Assembly (NCBI RefSeq): GCF_000315625.1
Contig: NW_005434630.1
Span: forward strand, 186,001 to 250,000
Direction of reading: 5' to 3'
DNA length: 64,000 bases
Source: Guillardia theta CCMP2712
Taxonomy: Eukaryota > Protista > Cryptophyta
The position numbers and the translations under genes were made by a program. Of the stretch, positions 12,853 to 24,133 are shown piece after piece. Position 1 is the stretch's first letter, and each line of letters opens with the position of its first letter. The notes under the pieces are model-generated. The model saw only the letters and a program-made list of their open reading frames with translations, searched no databases and had not been told where the DNA came from.

Positions 12853-14067
12853 TTACCTCGTCTTGTCTTCGGAATCCCGACGCAAAGTAGCAGAAGTAGT
12901 CAGTCGCATGACGGAGTCTTTGTCTGCCGCCTCCAAAAACGGTTGTAGAACCAAACTGCGCGGTACGGGTTTTGCTATGTCGAGCTCATCCATTGCTGTG
13001 ATCATGCTCTTCATGTTGATTGCCCTCAAAGTTGGTGAAGGAGATTGAGAAGACCGCAGCATGACCTGCCTTGCAAGCGGGGACGATCGGAGGTTGTTGT
13101 TGCTTGTACCGTCGTTCTCGATCAGTTTCTTCAGGGGCTCTAACTCATTCGCTAGCCATTCTGCATCAGCTCCTACCTTACCACCAGCAAGATTGTTAGA
13201 GGAAGCATTCTCTTCATGGAGGAAAGCTTGTTTCTTGCAATCTTCGAGCATCGACTCTGCTTTTGCCAGATTTTCTTCAACTTTGTTATGGATTCTTGCA
13301 CCATCTGGGAAAGATTTTTTCCCTCTCTTGAAGAATGCGGAAGTCCGTTTCCTCAAGTGGTCCAGGCTCTCTATGTCTTCAGTTTTGCAAGCACTCTCCC
13401 ATTTCTGATTCATCAGAGCCGTGTGGATGGTAGTCATTTCTTGTTCGGCCTCCTGTGCGTTCTTGAGAACAACTTCGAACAGATTAGATGTTGCTTGTGG
13501 GCACAGTGAGACTTCTGCTGGAATCTCCAGAGATTTCTGTCCAGAGTCGGACGTCAAACTTCCTCCTACAACATTGGCAGGTTTTGAAACAGGTTGCTTC
13601 ATCCCTGGTGAAGTTGCTCCAGGATTCTTCGGGTGATCACTTGCCATCATATCAACAGCTTTGGATATATCTCCCTTCGTCAGCCCAGCTATCCTAGCAA
13701 CGACTCTCGAGTTCTTCACCAGCAGCATGGTCGGCAACGCGAGCTTGGACGAGTCTTCACCAATCTCCTTGCACACAGCTTCGATGGAGGAATTAATCAT
13801 TCTCCTTATATTTTGCAGTCTCCTGAGGTTCTGAAGGGCTTTTGGCTCCCTTTCATGGCTTCCCTCGCACGGAAAGACCACGAGGACGCGCATGGACGGC
13901 TTATCCTTCGCTTCCCTGCTGAGAAATTCCATTCCGTTCGACAGATAGGATTCAGGTAGCCATGGGGATGTGAGGCAAATCATGGCCAGTTTGTCGTGTT
14001 TGAAGACCCACTCGACATCTGACTTGGTGCTGTTGTTTGAGCCTGAAGGCGACGACGAGCTGAACAT
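12853..14067 (-). CDS. Hypothetical 404-aa protein; N-terminal thioredoxin-like fold without CxxC, followed by coiled coil
   Basis: Long single ORF; ALPTMLLVKNSRVVARIAG resembles the Trx C-terminal cis-Pro motif. Confidence 0.6.
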   Translation of the reverse strand: MFSSSSPSGSNNSTKSDVEWVFKHDKLAMICLTSPWLPESYLSNGMEFLSREAKDKPSMRVLVVFPCEGSHEREPKALQNLRRLQNIRRMINSSIEAVCKEIGEDSSKLALPTMLLVKNSRVVARIAGLTKGDISKAVDMMASDHPKNPGATSPGMKQPVSKPANVVGGSLTSDSGQKSLEIPAEVSLCPQATSNLFEVVLKNAQEAEQEMTTIHTALMNQKWESACKTEDIESLDHLRKRTSAFFKRGKKSFPDGARIHNKVEENLAKAESMLEDCKKQAFLHEENASSNNLAGGKVGADAEWLANELEPLKKLIENDGTSNNNLRSSPLARQVMLRSSQSPSPTLRAINMKSMITAMDELDIAKPVPRSLVLQPFLEAADKDSVMRLTTSATLRRDSEDKTR

Positions 14068-14239
14068 GGCGGTCGAAGCTTGGATTGGAGCTTAAATCTA
14101 CTAGCTGGATACGTTTGAGATCATTCTCATTTACAAAACTCGTTCATCTCATCTCATCTACTCTCATCTCATCTCATTTCATCTCATATACTATTTGTAG
14201 CCTGTAAACATCTCAACGAATCATCGAAGGAAGCGCGGC

Positions 14240-15835
14240 ATGTTTCGGCTGTCGTATCGGCGCCTGCCCAGCCATCATGCGCTCCCGCCCCTCTCCCTAC
14301 GGAACAGTCCGCCTCAGAGTGTGATGGGAAGGCAGAACGTTGAAAGAGAAGTGCATTTTCATTGCGGAGGAGAGCGAGGAGGGAGCATGTCGCAGATAAC
14401 GAGGAGGTGCCACATCTTCCCGGGATCGAGAGGAGGTCTCAGTGAGATCTCGCCAGCATTGTCTCAGCATCTCTTGAGCGAGGCCGCAGAGCATGTGGCT
14501 GATGACTCCTCCTCCGACCTCTCGGACGGTTGTCTCAAGTCCTGCAACAACGCTGTGCTCAAGGACGAGGAGTACCTGCGATGCTGGTCTCAATGTTCTG
14601 GGATGCATACTGCGCGGAGACTGGTTGATGACATCATGGAGGGGAGCGGCGCTGCCACAAGGCATGGCGTCTTTGCATTGATTCATGGGAGCGAGCTTGC
14701 TTTGAAAAATCTTACCTGCGTAGCGGAGACCCTCGCGACGTATGCAGCATTGTTTCTAAGCTTCACTGTATCCATCCTGCTATCAGAGGTTGATGACTTT
14801 GTAGATGACGCGAAAGGAGTCATCAAAACAGACGACCTGGTGACTCGCTTGGTCAGCATCGTTAACAGAACCAAAATCCCAGGGGGCAATGCCACCATGA
14901 ATGGACCTGCAGATGTTGTACAGAACTCAAACACCTCGTTGACAGACCTTGTTTTTGCTGCACTCATGGATCTCAAGACTGGTGGGTTCGAAGATGAAGT
15001 TCCAGAGTACGCGCAAAGGTACTACTGGTGCATAGCTCTGTCGGTCATAATGCACTTCGCTACGATTGTCTTCTCCTTGTTCATCACAGGAACAAGCGCT
15101 CTCATCGTCCGAGAGTCTGACGCCTTCTGGACAATCTGTCAATTCGGCGATGTTGCGATCTGGATCCTCGTGCTCACCTTCATAGGAGGAATCCTGCCCC
15201 TTGGGGTGGCAGCCGCAAGCGCGGCGTGGGTGCATGTCGGAGAGTTCGAGTCGAAAGGGTTCTACGTGCTCTCAACCATCTTGATCCTTCTGGTCGGTAT
15301 CCCTGGCTTGCGCATCATCAACTACGTCCGACCTTTCCAGAGTGAGATCAGAACCAAGTGGGCACCGAAGTACCTTATCCTCAAGTTCTTCAACTTGTTT
15401 GTCCCATCGCTTGTGAGAGCCCAGAGCAACTTTGAGCACCTCAGGTTGGCCAAGGAGATCTTCGACAAGAAAGCAGAGATTGGGGAGAAGTTGGATCCCA
15501 ATGTGTGCGAGGACCAGCAGGCTGAGACGAAACCCTGTCCGGATGCTGTCAACGAGCACGTTGTCATGGAACCCCACTCAGCCCAGGAGAGGAGGAAATT
15601 AAATCCCTCCACGAGCTCGAGAGGGCAGGAGGACTCGAGGCTGCATGAGGAAGTTGACAAGTCAGAGAAGGTTCTCTCCTTGCTGCAGGGGCTGATAGAA
15701 TGCCAACAACAATCACTACAACAGCAGCAGAGAATGATTGAAGAAGTGCAAACGCAGACCAAGACGATGTCGGCAGCTCTGGTGAGCCTGACCGAAGAAG
15801 TGAGGAACTTGAAGAGTTCAAGACCATTGGAATGA
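14240..15835 (+). CDS. Hypothetical multi-pass membrane protein with C-terminal Gln-rich coiled coil
   Basis: 531-aa ORF with about 4 hydrophobic segments; true start uncertain. Confidence 0.65.
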   Translation: MFRLSYRRLPSHHALPPLSLRNSPPQSVMGRQNVEREVHFHCGGERGGSMSQITRRCHIFPGSRGGLSEISPALSQHLLSEAAEHVADDSSSDLSDGCLKSCNNAVLKDEEYLRCWSQCSGMHTARRLVDDIMEGSGAATRHGVFALIHGSELALKNLTCVAETLATYAALFLSFTVSILLSEVDDFVDDAKGVIKTDDLVTRLVSIVNRTKIPGGNATMNGPADVVQNSNTSLTDLVFAALMDLKTGGFEDEVPEYAQRYYWCIALSVIMHFATIVFSLFITGTSALIVRESDAFWTICQFGDVAIWILVLTFIGGILPLGVAAASAAWVHVGEFESKGFYVLSTILILLVGIPGLRIINYVRPFQSEIRTKWAPKYLILKFFNLFVPSLVRAQSNFEHLRLAKEIFDKKAEIGEKLDPNVCEDQQAETKPCPDAVNEHVVMEPHSAQERRKLNPSTSSRGQEDSRLHEEVDKSEKVLSLLQGLIECQQQSLQQQQRMIEEVQTQTKTMSAALVSLTEEVRNLKSSRPLE

Positions 15836-15901
15836 TATGTTAATATGATGAATGCTTATACTGAAAAACAAACTTTGACCGCTGATCTGCTCTACCTCAC
15901 C

Positions 15902-16939
15902 TCACTTTGTATCGTCTCCTTTCTGAGCACCGGCCGCTACTTTTCGCTTCTTGTTTACAGCAGCTCCTGCCGGTCTATCCAGCGCTATCTTTGAATCACA
16001 GGTGGGACAGATGAAGAAATCGCACTTGGCAAATATTGATAGGCAAACGCTGCAAACAAATCCAACATCCACCAGCTGACCTGTCTTGAAGCACGACGAA
16101 CGATAGTCAACATCCTGCGCCTGGGGCAGTCGGAGCAAGGTTGACCGCGACTGCGAATCTGCATTAAGAAACCTGGTGTGCTTGTCTCCTAGGAACACCG
16201 AGATCATCCAAGAGAGCAGCGCTCCTGGTGAGCTTCCGACTTTGGACAGCTCAGGCCGCAGGTAGACGCCATTGGTGATGTCAGCTGCTTGCTGGAGAAA
16301 TGAGCAGTCTCCGTCTGAAACCACCAAGGCATCGATGAGGACATTCGCTTTCTGCATAGAAAAGATGCAGTTCATGATGGGGATGTACTGCGAGGGAAGT
16401 TCCGTGCTCGCTGTCAACACCAACACACGCGGAAGCATTCTCAACAGTTTGTGCGACGAGATTCTGTTGACAGTACAGGCCGCGAGAGCGAAAGCAGACG
16501 ACAGCAGCGAGCACTTCATACTTGAGTCAGAGTTTTCTTGGGAGGATTTCGACTTCAACGACTTTGAAAGAGATACAATCTTCTCGTGCAGTCTGTGGTC
16601 TATCTCGTCCATCTCCAGGGCCCCTGACTGCTGGTGTCCATGCGCCTTGCTTCTCTGCAGGGCAGGCGATTGGTAGAGGAACTCACTGCCATATGGATGA
16701 GCTGCGATTATAGTGACTGTGTTTCCTCCATGGAGCATGAAAAATGCCCGCAGAAAGGTCAACAAACTTTCGAGCGCTTCAATCACTGTCGGACCTCCCT
16801 TGGCCGTGCTCTCTGTCCATGATGCCTGGTTGAGGTCTAAGATTACGATCAAGGAGGACGGCAAGTCATCTAGCTCTGAGCTTTGCTGCTTCCCCTTCTC
16901 CTCCCTCTCCTCCTCTTCCTCCTTCGTCGACATGGCCAA
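15902..16939 (-). CDS. GTF2H3: TFIIH subunit p34 / Tfb4, intronless
   Basis: SLIVILDLN, QYIPIMNCIFSMQK, FLQQAADITNGVY, VDYRSSCF...GFVCSVCLSIF...CPTC. Confidence 0.95.
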   Translation of the reverse strand: MAMSTKEEEEEREEKGKQQSSELDDLPSSLIVILDLNQASWTESTAKGGPTVIEALESLLTFLRAFFMLHGGNTVTIIAAHPYGSEFLYQSPALQRSKAHGHQQSGALEMDEIDHRLHEKIVSLSKSLKSKSSQENSDSSMKCSLLSSAFALAACTVNRISSHKLLRMLPRVLVLTASTELPSQYIPIMNCIFSMQKANVLIDALVVSDGDCSFLQQAADITNGVYLRPELSKVGSSPGALLSWMISVFLGDKHTRFLNADSQSRSTLLRLPQAQDVDYRSSCFKTGQLVDVGFVCSVCLSIFAKCDFFICPTCDSKIALDRPAGAAVNKKRKVAAGAQKGDDTK

Positions 16940-17148
16940 ACTACAACCCCCTTCAGTCCATGCTACGCGGTCAGCTCATCACCCTCATTCTCCTTGGGCA
17001 TATTAGGGGAGGAGGTCAAGATTCTAGGGTCCCATTTCAGCTCACCCGGCGGGGTGATATAGGGGGTACTTTCTGCTTTAATAGACGGTGGGGTAGTGTA
17101 ATTGATGAACCGAACCCGGGGTGGTAGCCCGTCTTTTTCCCGCCAACT

Positions 17149-18764
17149 ATGCCGCTACCGTCTGCGAACGCGGCTGCGTCGCTTCCATGGTGAGAGAGGG
17201 ACAAGGGAGGAAGAAGACGAAGGGACGAAGACAAGAGCTGGGCAAGACCATGTGATGAGGGAGGGGAGGTAGATGAAGTTCATCGTCAGAAGTTGAGAGG
17301 GTGCGAAGGAAAATGTGTCGGGATCGCACGACCCCAGAGGCTGAGGCTGCAGGAATCATGCTAGATGGATTCACACTACAAAATATCTTCTGCCTCACCT
17401 CTTCGTCTTCCTCGAAGTGTCTCCTCTTTCTGTTGCTCACTGTATCTTCCAGGGTGGAAAAGTATAGGCCACAAACCTTGAAAGAAGTTGTTGGCAACGA
17501 AGATGCCGTCGCACGCCTCCAGGCGATTGCTAAAGACGGGAATATGCCTCACCTGCTGTTAACTGTGCGTTCTTATATTATCTGTCTTTGCCACTCACTT
17601 GTAGTATAGGGTTCGCCCGGAATAGGAAAGACGACTTGCGTGCTTGCGCTAGCTCGAGAGCTTCTTGGGGACTCCTTCAAGGAAGGAGTGCTGGAACTGA
17701 ACGCCTCGGATGAAAGGTTCGCTCACTGATTGACAGCAGCATGCTAGGATCTCGCTCACTCTTGCTCCTCCCAGAGGAATTGATGTCGTCAGGAACAAGA
17801 TCAAGATGTTTGCTCAGCAGAAGGTCACGCTACCTCCGGGGAGACACAAGATTATCATCTTGGACGAGGCGGACAGCATGACTTCGGCATCCCAGCAGGC
17901 CATGAGACGCACAATGGAGTTGTACTCTAACACGACCAGATTCGCGCTGGCGTGTAACAATTCTTCTGAAATCATCGAGCCCATTCAGAGTCGATGTGCC
18001 ATCCTGCGATTTGCCAAGTTGTCAGACAAAGAACTTCTCAGCAGGCTCCAAGATATCTGTGAGAAGGAAGAGGTGCGTGCAGATGCAAGTTTGGGCAGGC
18101 AGACATGCTGACGTTGTTTGCTGCAGGTCTTGGCCTCCACGGATGGCCTCGAAGCTCTCATCTTCACTGCGGATGGCGATATGCGACAAGCAGTCAATTC
18201 GTTGCAGAGTACTGCCAATGGGTTTGGAATTGTAAATCAAGAGTCAGTGTTCAAGGTAGGAGATTCGCGATCTGTCTTCTCATTTGGTAGTCATTCTGCA
18301 TTGCTAGGTTTGTGATCAACCTCATCCGAAAACAGCGATTCAAATCGTGAAATCATGCCTGACTGGAGACATCAAGAACGCACACTCGAAACTAGAAGAT
18401 CTTTGGCAGCGGGGATATTCAGCACAAGACATCGTGCAGGTTACAATAGTGCTGAGAGAATGAAACTTCGACTCAATTCCGTGCAGACAATCTTCAAGGT
18501 CACCAGGAACATGGACATGCCAGAGAAGAGTAAACTTGACTTCCTCAAGGTTCTAAATTTTGTTCCTATTGATTCCGATAGTGATTACTTACTTCCCTTC
18601 AGGAGATCGGCATCTATCATATGAGGGTTCTTGAAGGAGTAGATTCTCTTGTCCAGGTAAACTCGTCGAATACGAGATTCAAAGATTTGATTTCTCTTGA
18701 CCAGGTCTCTGGTCTCCTCGGTAAACTTTGTCTCTTGAAAGAATCAAGCGCAGTGACAGCCTAA
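17149..18764 (+). CDS. RFC2: Replication factor C small subunit (human RFC2 / yeast Rfc4), multi-exon
   Basis: LPW|[15 protein letters not shown]|[17 protein letters not shown]|[54 protein letters not shown]. Confidence 0.96.
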
Positions 18765-18834
18765 AGAATGAAAACAATGAAACCCCCTCCGACAAGTCAG
18801 CAGAGCGATTACGGTCAATTTCATTCTCTCATTC

Positions 18835-20517
18835 TCATTTCCCGATGCAAAAGTCTCTAAAGACGACATCAAGCACCTCTTCAACATTCACCTCTCCGGT
18901 AATTTGCCCGATTAGATCCTGCTCAGGTATCAGCTCAATTTTGTGCATGGAAGTTCAGCTACCAGCGCCTCCGTCAAGTCTTCCACTGCGAATCCGACAG
19001 GAACCTGGGTCTCGAGGAATCGCTCTAGAGTCTCAGCGCAGGAGGAGAGCAGTTCACGATGTCTCGCTGCCGACTAGGTGAGGGAGAGGTAGAAGGTGAA
19101 GAGCAAGGGGGGCAGGGGAGATGAGGAGAAGAGAAGTGCAAGTGGGGAGAGGGAGGACGCACCTCGGGTGATCAGCGGAGCCTCGTCCTCCGACATGGTC
19201 GTCTCCTCTACCTGCCAACCTCCAGTCACTCGGCACTCGAGACCTTCCGGACTCACCTTGGAGTTGAGAGCATCGATAAATTCGTCGATCCCTTCGCGCG
19301 TCGTGCAGGAGATCCAGTGAACTTCGATCTCGCTGCCTGTCAGCTGGAGAAAGAGGGGAAAGATGGTGTCATGACTCAGCTGGGGCCCAGTTGGTCACGG
19401 TACCTTGTGGAGGCGAGACATGATCTCCTCAGTGAGCTCCTGCCTGTAGCCCATGGACATCAGGGCGAGGAGGAGAGGAGAGCTCTTCGTTCTGACCTCC
19501 ATCCATCCTTCCTCTCTGCCTTCTTGATCAGGTCCACCTTGTTCAGGACAACCAGCAGCTTCCCCTCCCTGTCTCTCCCCTCCTTCAGTGAAGCTGCCGC
19601 GGACCTCCACTCCGCTCACCCGACTCCTTCCTCCTCCTCCTCCTCCTCAATCAATTCTTTCGCCTTCCTCGACCATCCCCAGTTCCCAACTGTTGTCTGC
19701 GTGCGCGTTTCAGTTGAACACTCTTCAAATCTCTTCCCTGTCTTCCTTCCCTTCTTCCCTCCCTGCTCCCTGCTCCCTGCTCCCTGCTCCCTGCTCCCTG
19801 CTCCCTGCTCCCTGCTCCCCCACTCTCCCTAAGTTCTCCTCACCTTGCCCACATCAAATTTCGAGTCTCCCTCCAGCTCCGTCTTGAACTGTCAATAGGC
19901 AACAATTACAAAGAGTCTTGCGATCATCAGGAAGGAAACGAGTAACAGAGAAGCTGTTGGTCGGGGTACTGGAGGGGAAGAAGAGGAGAGGGAAAGGAAA
20001 AAGAAGCCGGAAAGAAGAGAGAAGAAAGGAAGGAGTGGGATGGTAGACCTCCTTGTACATCTCGTTCAAGAGCTGAAGCAGCGACACGCTGTCCTCTGCC
20101 ATCATCTGGTTTCCTGCACTCTTGTGGATCAAAGTTGTGGATTCTCCCCCTGAACTACCTCTCATCCTCCTCCCCCTTCTCTCCTTCTTCTTCCATCTTC
20201 TTCCTCCTCCCCGTTTCTCCTTCTTTCGCACTCGTCCTCATCCTTGACCTCCCCCTCTTCGTCCTACATTCCTTCCTTCTCCCCCTTCCTCCCATCTCCT
20301 CGTTCTGCGACTCCCGAACGAACTTCGGCTCAGCATGCGGTTCAATCACCATCGAGAACGAGGATGCGGATGTCAGCTTGCTTGAAGCTCATCGCAGACC
20401 TTCTCATGCCCTGACTGACAAGTCAGCCGGCAGAGACAAAAGGTGGAGAAAGCAGCAGGGAAGGAAAACAAAAGAGTGGTGGCGCTGGACGAACAGGAAG
20501 TTTTAGAGGAGATGGTA

Positions 20518-20583
<66 letters not shown>

Positions 20584-22450
20584 CAGGAGGACACGTCATG
20601 CAAATCACCTCCCGCTCGATCTCGTCGCTGGAATCGACTCGAAGGCCTTCACGAGGGTGACGAGAGAAATCTCCATCCTCCTCTCACCTGCTGTGTCATC
20701 GACCATGACTGGTAGACCTCCGAGCTCCAGTCGAACCTGCTCAGGTCTGAGGTACAAGGAGAGGACTGAAGGTAGGAGCGGTGGAAAGAGGAGAGGAGGG
20801 GAGAACAGAGGAAGGCAGAGGAGAAGATGGGAGGAAGGGAGGGGAGGGCAGGGGAGGAAAGCTTACCTGGACAATATCCCTTGTGGTTCCCGGGATGGAG
20901 GAAACGATGGCAGCAGGGCGAGCAGCGAGGACGTTGAGCTAAGGGATAGAACGAGGGTGAGGAAAGGGAGGAGGAAACAATGGAGGGGGAGAGAGTTTGT
21001 CAGGGTCATGTAGCGATACGAGGGATGAAAAAGCGAGCAGATGGATAGAGGAAGAGGAGGCAAGTCAGAGAGTACCAGCGAGCTCTTGCCGGCGTTGGGA
21101 GGGCCCACAAGAGTACACCTTCCTCTTGGTGTGAGAGAGCGGAGAGAAGCAGTGAAGTCACCTCAAGCCCGTGCGGATTGCCTCTCCTCTGCTCGCCCGT
21201 CAGAGAGAGGAGGCAAGGCAAGACGGAATGAAGGGAAGTGAAAGGTGAGAAAGATGAAGAGATGGCAGTTTTGAGAGTAAGAGAGTACGAGGGGGAGAGC
21301 GAGGATGGAGAAGAAGAAGGCGGAAGGGAAAGAAAGGGCAGGGAAGGGTAGGTAAAGGCAAGGTTGAGGGGTTGATATCTCACCGTCGTCCATCCGCAAG
21401 GTGCGTGTTTACCTCGTCGTAAATCCTCCCGACGTCCTGCCGGGGCTGATGACAAAGAATTGAGAAGGAAAAGTTCTAACCGCCCGAACGGGAATCATAA
21501 CTTCGTCCTCCTCTATGCCTGAAAGTTGCAAAGTCAAACATCACTGAAGGGCAGAAGTAGCAAGAGTCTGTGTGTGTCGGGAGGGGGAAAGATGAACTAG
21601 AATATGAAGGTGCAGGAGGAGGAGGAGGAGGAGGAGGAGGAGGAGGAGGAGGAGGAGGAGGAGGAGGAGAACGAGGGGAAGGAAGGGAAGAAGGTGCATG
21701 CGCAGGAGGAGAAAATCTTCTGACCGTCACTCTCGCCATAGTCAATATAGGCATCGATGTGAGCGACAGCCCTGTGATTGATCACAAAGCAGACGGGAAT
21801 GAAATTTCAAACTTGAGCAGATCTGTGCGCCATGCCTCATAAAGCTTCTTCGCTCCTCCAGACATCTGAAGATTTTACTACTCCTCCTCCTCCTCCTCCT
21901 CCTCCTCCTCCTCCTCCCCCACCACCACCACCACCACCAACTCCTCCTCCACTTGCTCCTCCTCCTCCTTGTCATTATCATCATCACTCACCTGTTCCAA
22001 GGCTTGCTTCTGCTGCCCTGCATTATCATCACATCCTCCCCTCCCCTCCCCTCCCCTCCCCTCCCCTCCCCCTCCCCTCCCCCTTACCTTTCGTCTCTGC
22101 GTTGATCAAGTCACTCAATGCTTCAGCCTCCAAGAGATCCATCCGCCCGTTCATTAAAGCACGCTGATACCAACATCGCAGTCAAACTCAAATTTTCCTT
22201 CGTTGCCTCCTCTCTCCCTCCTGCTTTCGTCTTCACCTTCCCTCCACTCTCTCCCCATCAACTTCTATTTTCCCTCCTCTCTCCTCCCTCCTCCCCCCTC
22301 CACCCCTGCTCCGTTTTCAGCCCTCAACTCACTCTTGTGTATTCTCCTCTCTGAGCTAATCGAAGTCCTTCAATCTTGCTCAACGCGTCCAAGACTGAGT
22401 TGACGATCGCGACTCCTCCATGCACGTGCAGCTCCACCACATCCTGTAAT

Positions 22451-22527
<77 letters not shown>

Positions 22528-22793
22528 ATTGTCTCACTTCTCCAGTGAAGCTGTTTGGACCCTGTCAAACCTGTTACAAACACCTTGCAGCAGAACGCAA
22601 GTCATCACCGGAAAGAACAAGATCAGTGACTTGTCCAACAGCTCCCGGCTCTCTGCAAACCATGAGCAAGGAGAGAAGATCGCTTCTTGGTAGCGCACCT
22701 GGATCATACAAGGATCGCAAAGTTGCATATCTCGGAGTTGGAGTTTTAGAGCCTAAGATACGTTTGATCCCTCCTCCTCCTCCTCCTCCTTCT

Positions 22794-22829
<36 letters not shown>

Positions 22830-23373
22830 TCTGCTCCCTTACTCTTATTACCAGGTTTGCTCATCTCCTGTAATGCAGGGAGAGCGTCTTCACCCGAGAT
22901 TCTGATGACGGCGATGCCTGAACGTCATGTTAGCCTCCTACAACATTCCTTGTTCTCTCTCAACCTCCTACTCCGACTGGCGTTGAAAGAGCATAGATCG
23001 TGTTCGCTGTCTTTGGGAAGTACACTTCTTTCGAATCCACCTCATCTGCATTAACAGAATGATGGAGAAGATCAGGAGAAGTCATGCTGTCACCGCTGAC
23101 TGCACATGACGAAAGTGCTATGCTGCATGGACGCCGCAGACAGTTTAGATTCCGGTAGCGATGAAAGGGACGACAGGACTTCTTAGTGAAGTCTCTTCTA
23201 GCAGTGAGAGAGATTCCCGGATTCACCAAGGAGAAAGCATCAGCGTACAAGACGAATGAACTTAGCGAGGCCAAGAAAGCTGTAAAGATGTCAAGAATGT
23301 GAAAGGGATCAATGGTTTCTTCATGTTGTTTACCTGCTCCCCAACTTGCTTTCAAAGAAATCTTTCGGTTCAT
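18835..23373 (-). CDS. mnmE: tRNA modification GTPase MnmE/TrmE, plastid-type bipartite leader, many repeat-filled introns
   Basis: [60 protein letters not shown]-terminal [15 protein letters not shown]. Spliced leader [28 protein letters not shown]|FSLVNP. Confidence 0.93.
20521..20589. repeat. (CAGGAG)n microsatellite in a probable mnmE intron
   Basis: Direct reading. Confidence 0.95.
22450..22527. repeat. (ATC)n microsatellite in an mnmE intron
   Basis: Direct reading, about 25 units. Confidence 0.95.
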
Positions 23374-24133
23374 TGCGTCCTTCAAGAAAAATCATCAAGC
23401 ACTCGAAATCATTTCTTGTATTTGCTGCAGTTATTACAGTCTCCCTCCCTGTGTCTCCTTGAGCTTTCTCTAACTGCCGGACCTGCCTGCTTGCCGACCA
23501 ACCTCTTCCCCTGAATTCACTCTGCATTCACCCCCCCGCTTCCTCTTTCCCCTCACATCCCCTACCCTTCCTCTCCTTCTCGTCCCTTCTCTCCTTCCCC
23601 CTTCCTCTCTCCCTCCCCTCTCCCTCCTCTTTACACCACATCGCTGACACTGCACCCCCACCATCTTGCGCTGCATTTTGCGCTCAGTCGGGGGCCGCAC
23701 AGGTCAGCCATCATTCACTCCCCCAATTTTATTGTTTGGGATTGCAATATATAATGTTTACTGTAACTCTATCATATACCACATTTCAAGTTGACCAAAT
23801 CTTAACAATATTTATCATAAACTTTGAAAATTAATAAGACTATTTCAAAGATTTGAAATTTGACTCATTAGAAATATTATTTTTATTTCATGGATATTGA
23901 TGATGGGGTGCAAAGCACTGGAAGGAACCGATAGCAAGCAGAGCACGAGCTGCAGCAAGGGAACAGGGGCAGGAGAAGGAGCAGGTACAGCAGCAGGAGC
24001 AGCAGGATCAGCAGCAGGAGAAGGTGCAGGCAACCATGGGGACGATTGGTTAAGGGCAAACGATGATCGTATTTGGCCAAATTGGGAAGCAGCAACACAG
24101 AAATCCGAAGATATAGACATAAATTGAAGTTTG

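Noticed and set aside
19054-23054. Poly-P/E/Q/M/I ORFs
   Set aside because: Translations of intronic microsatellites within mnmE.
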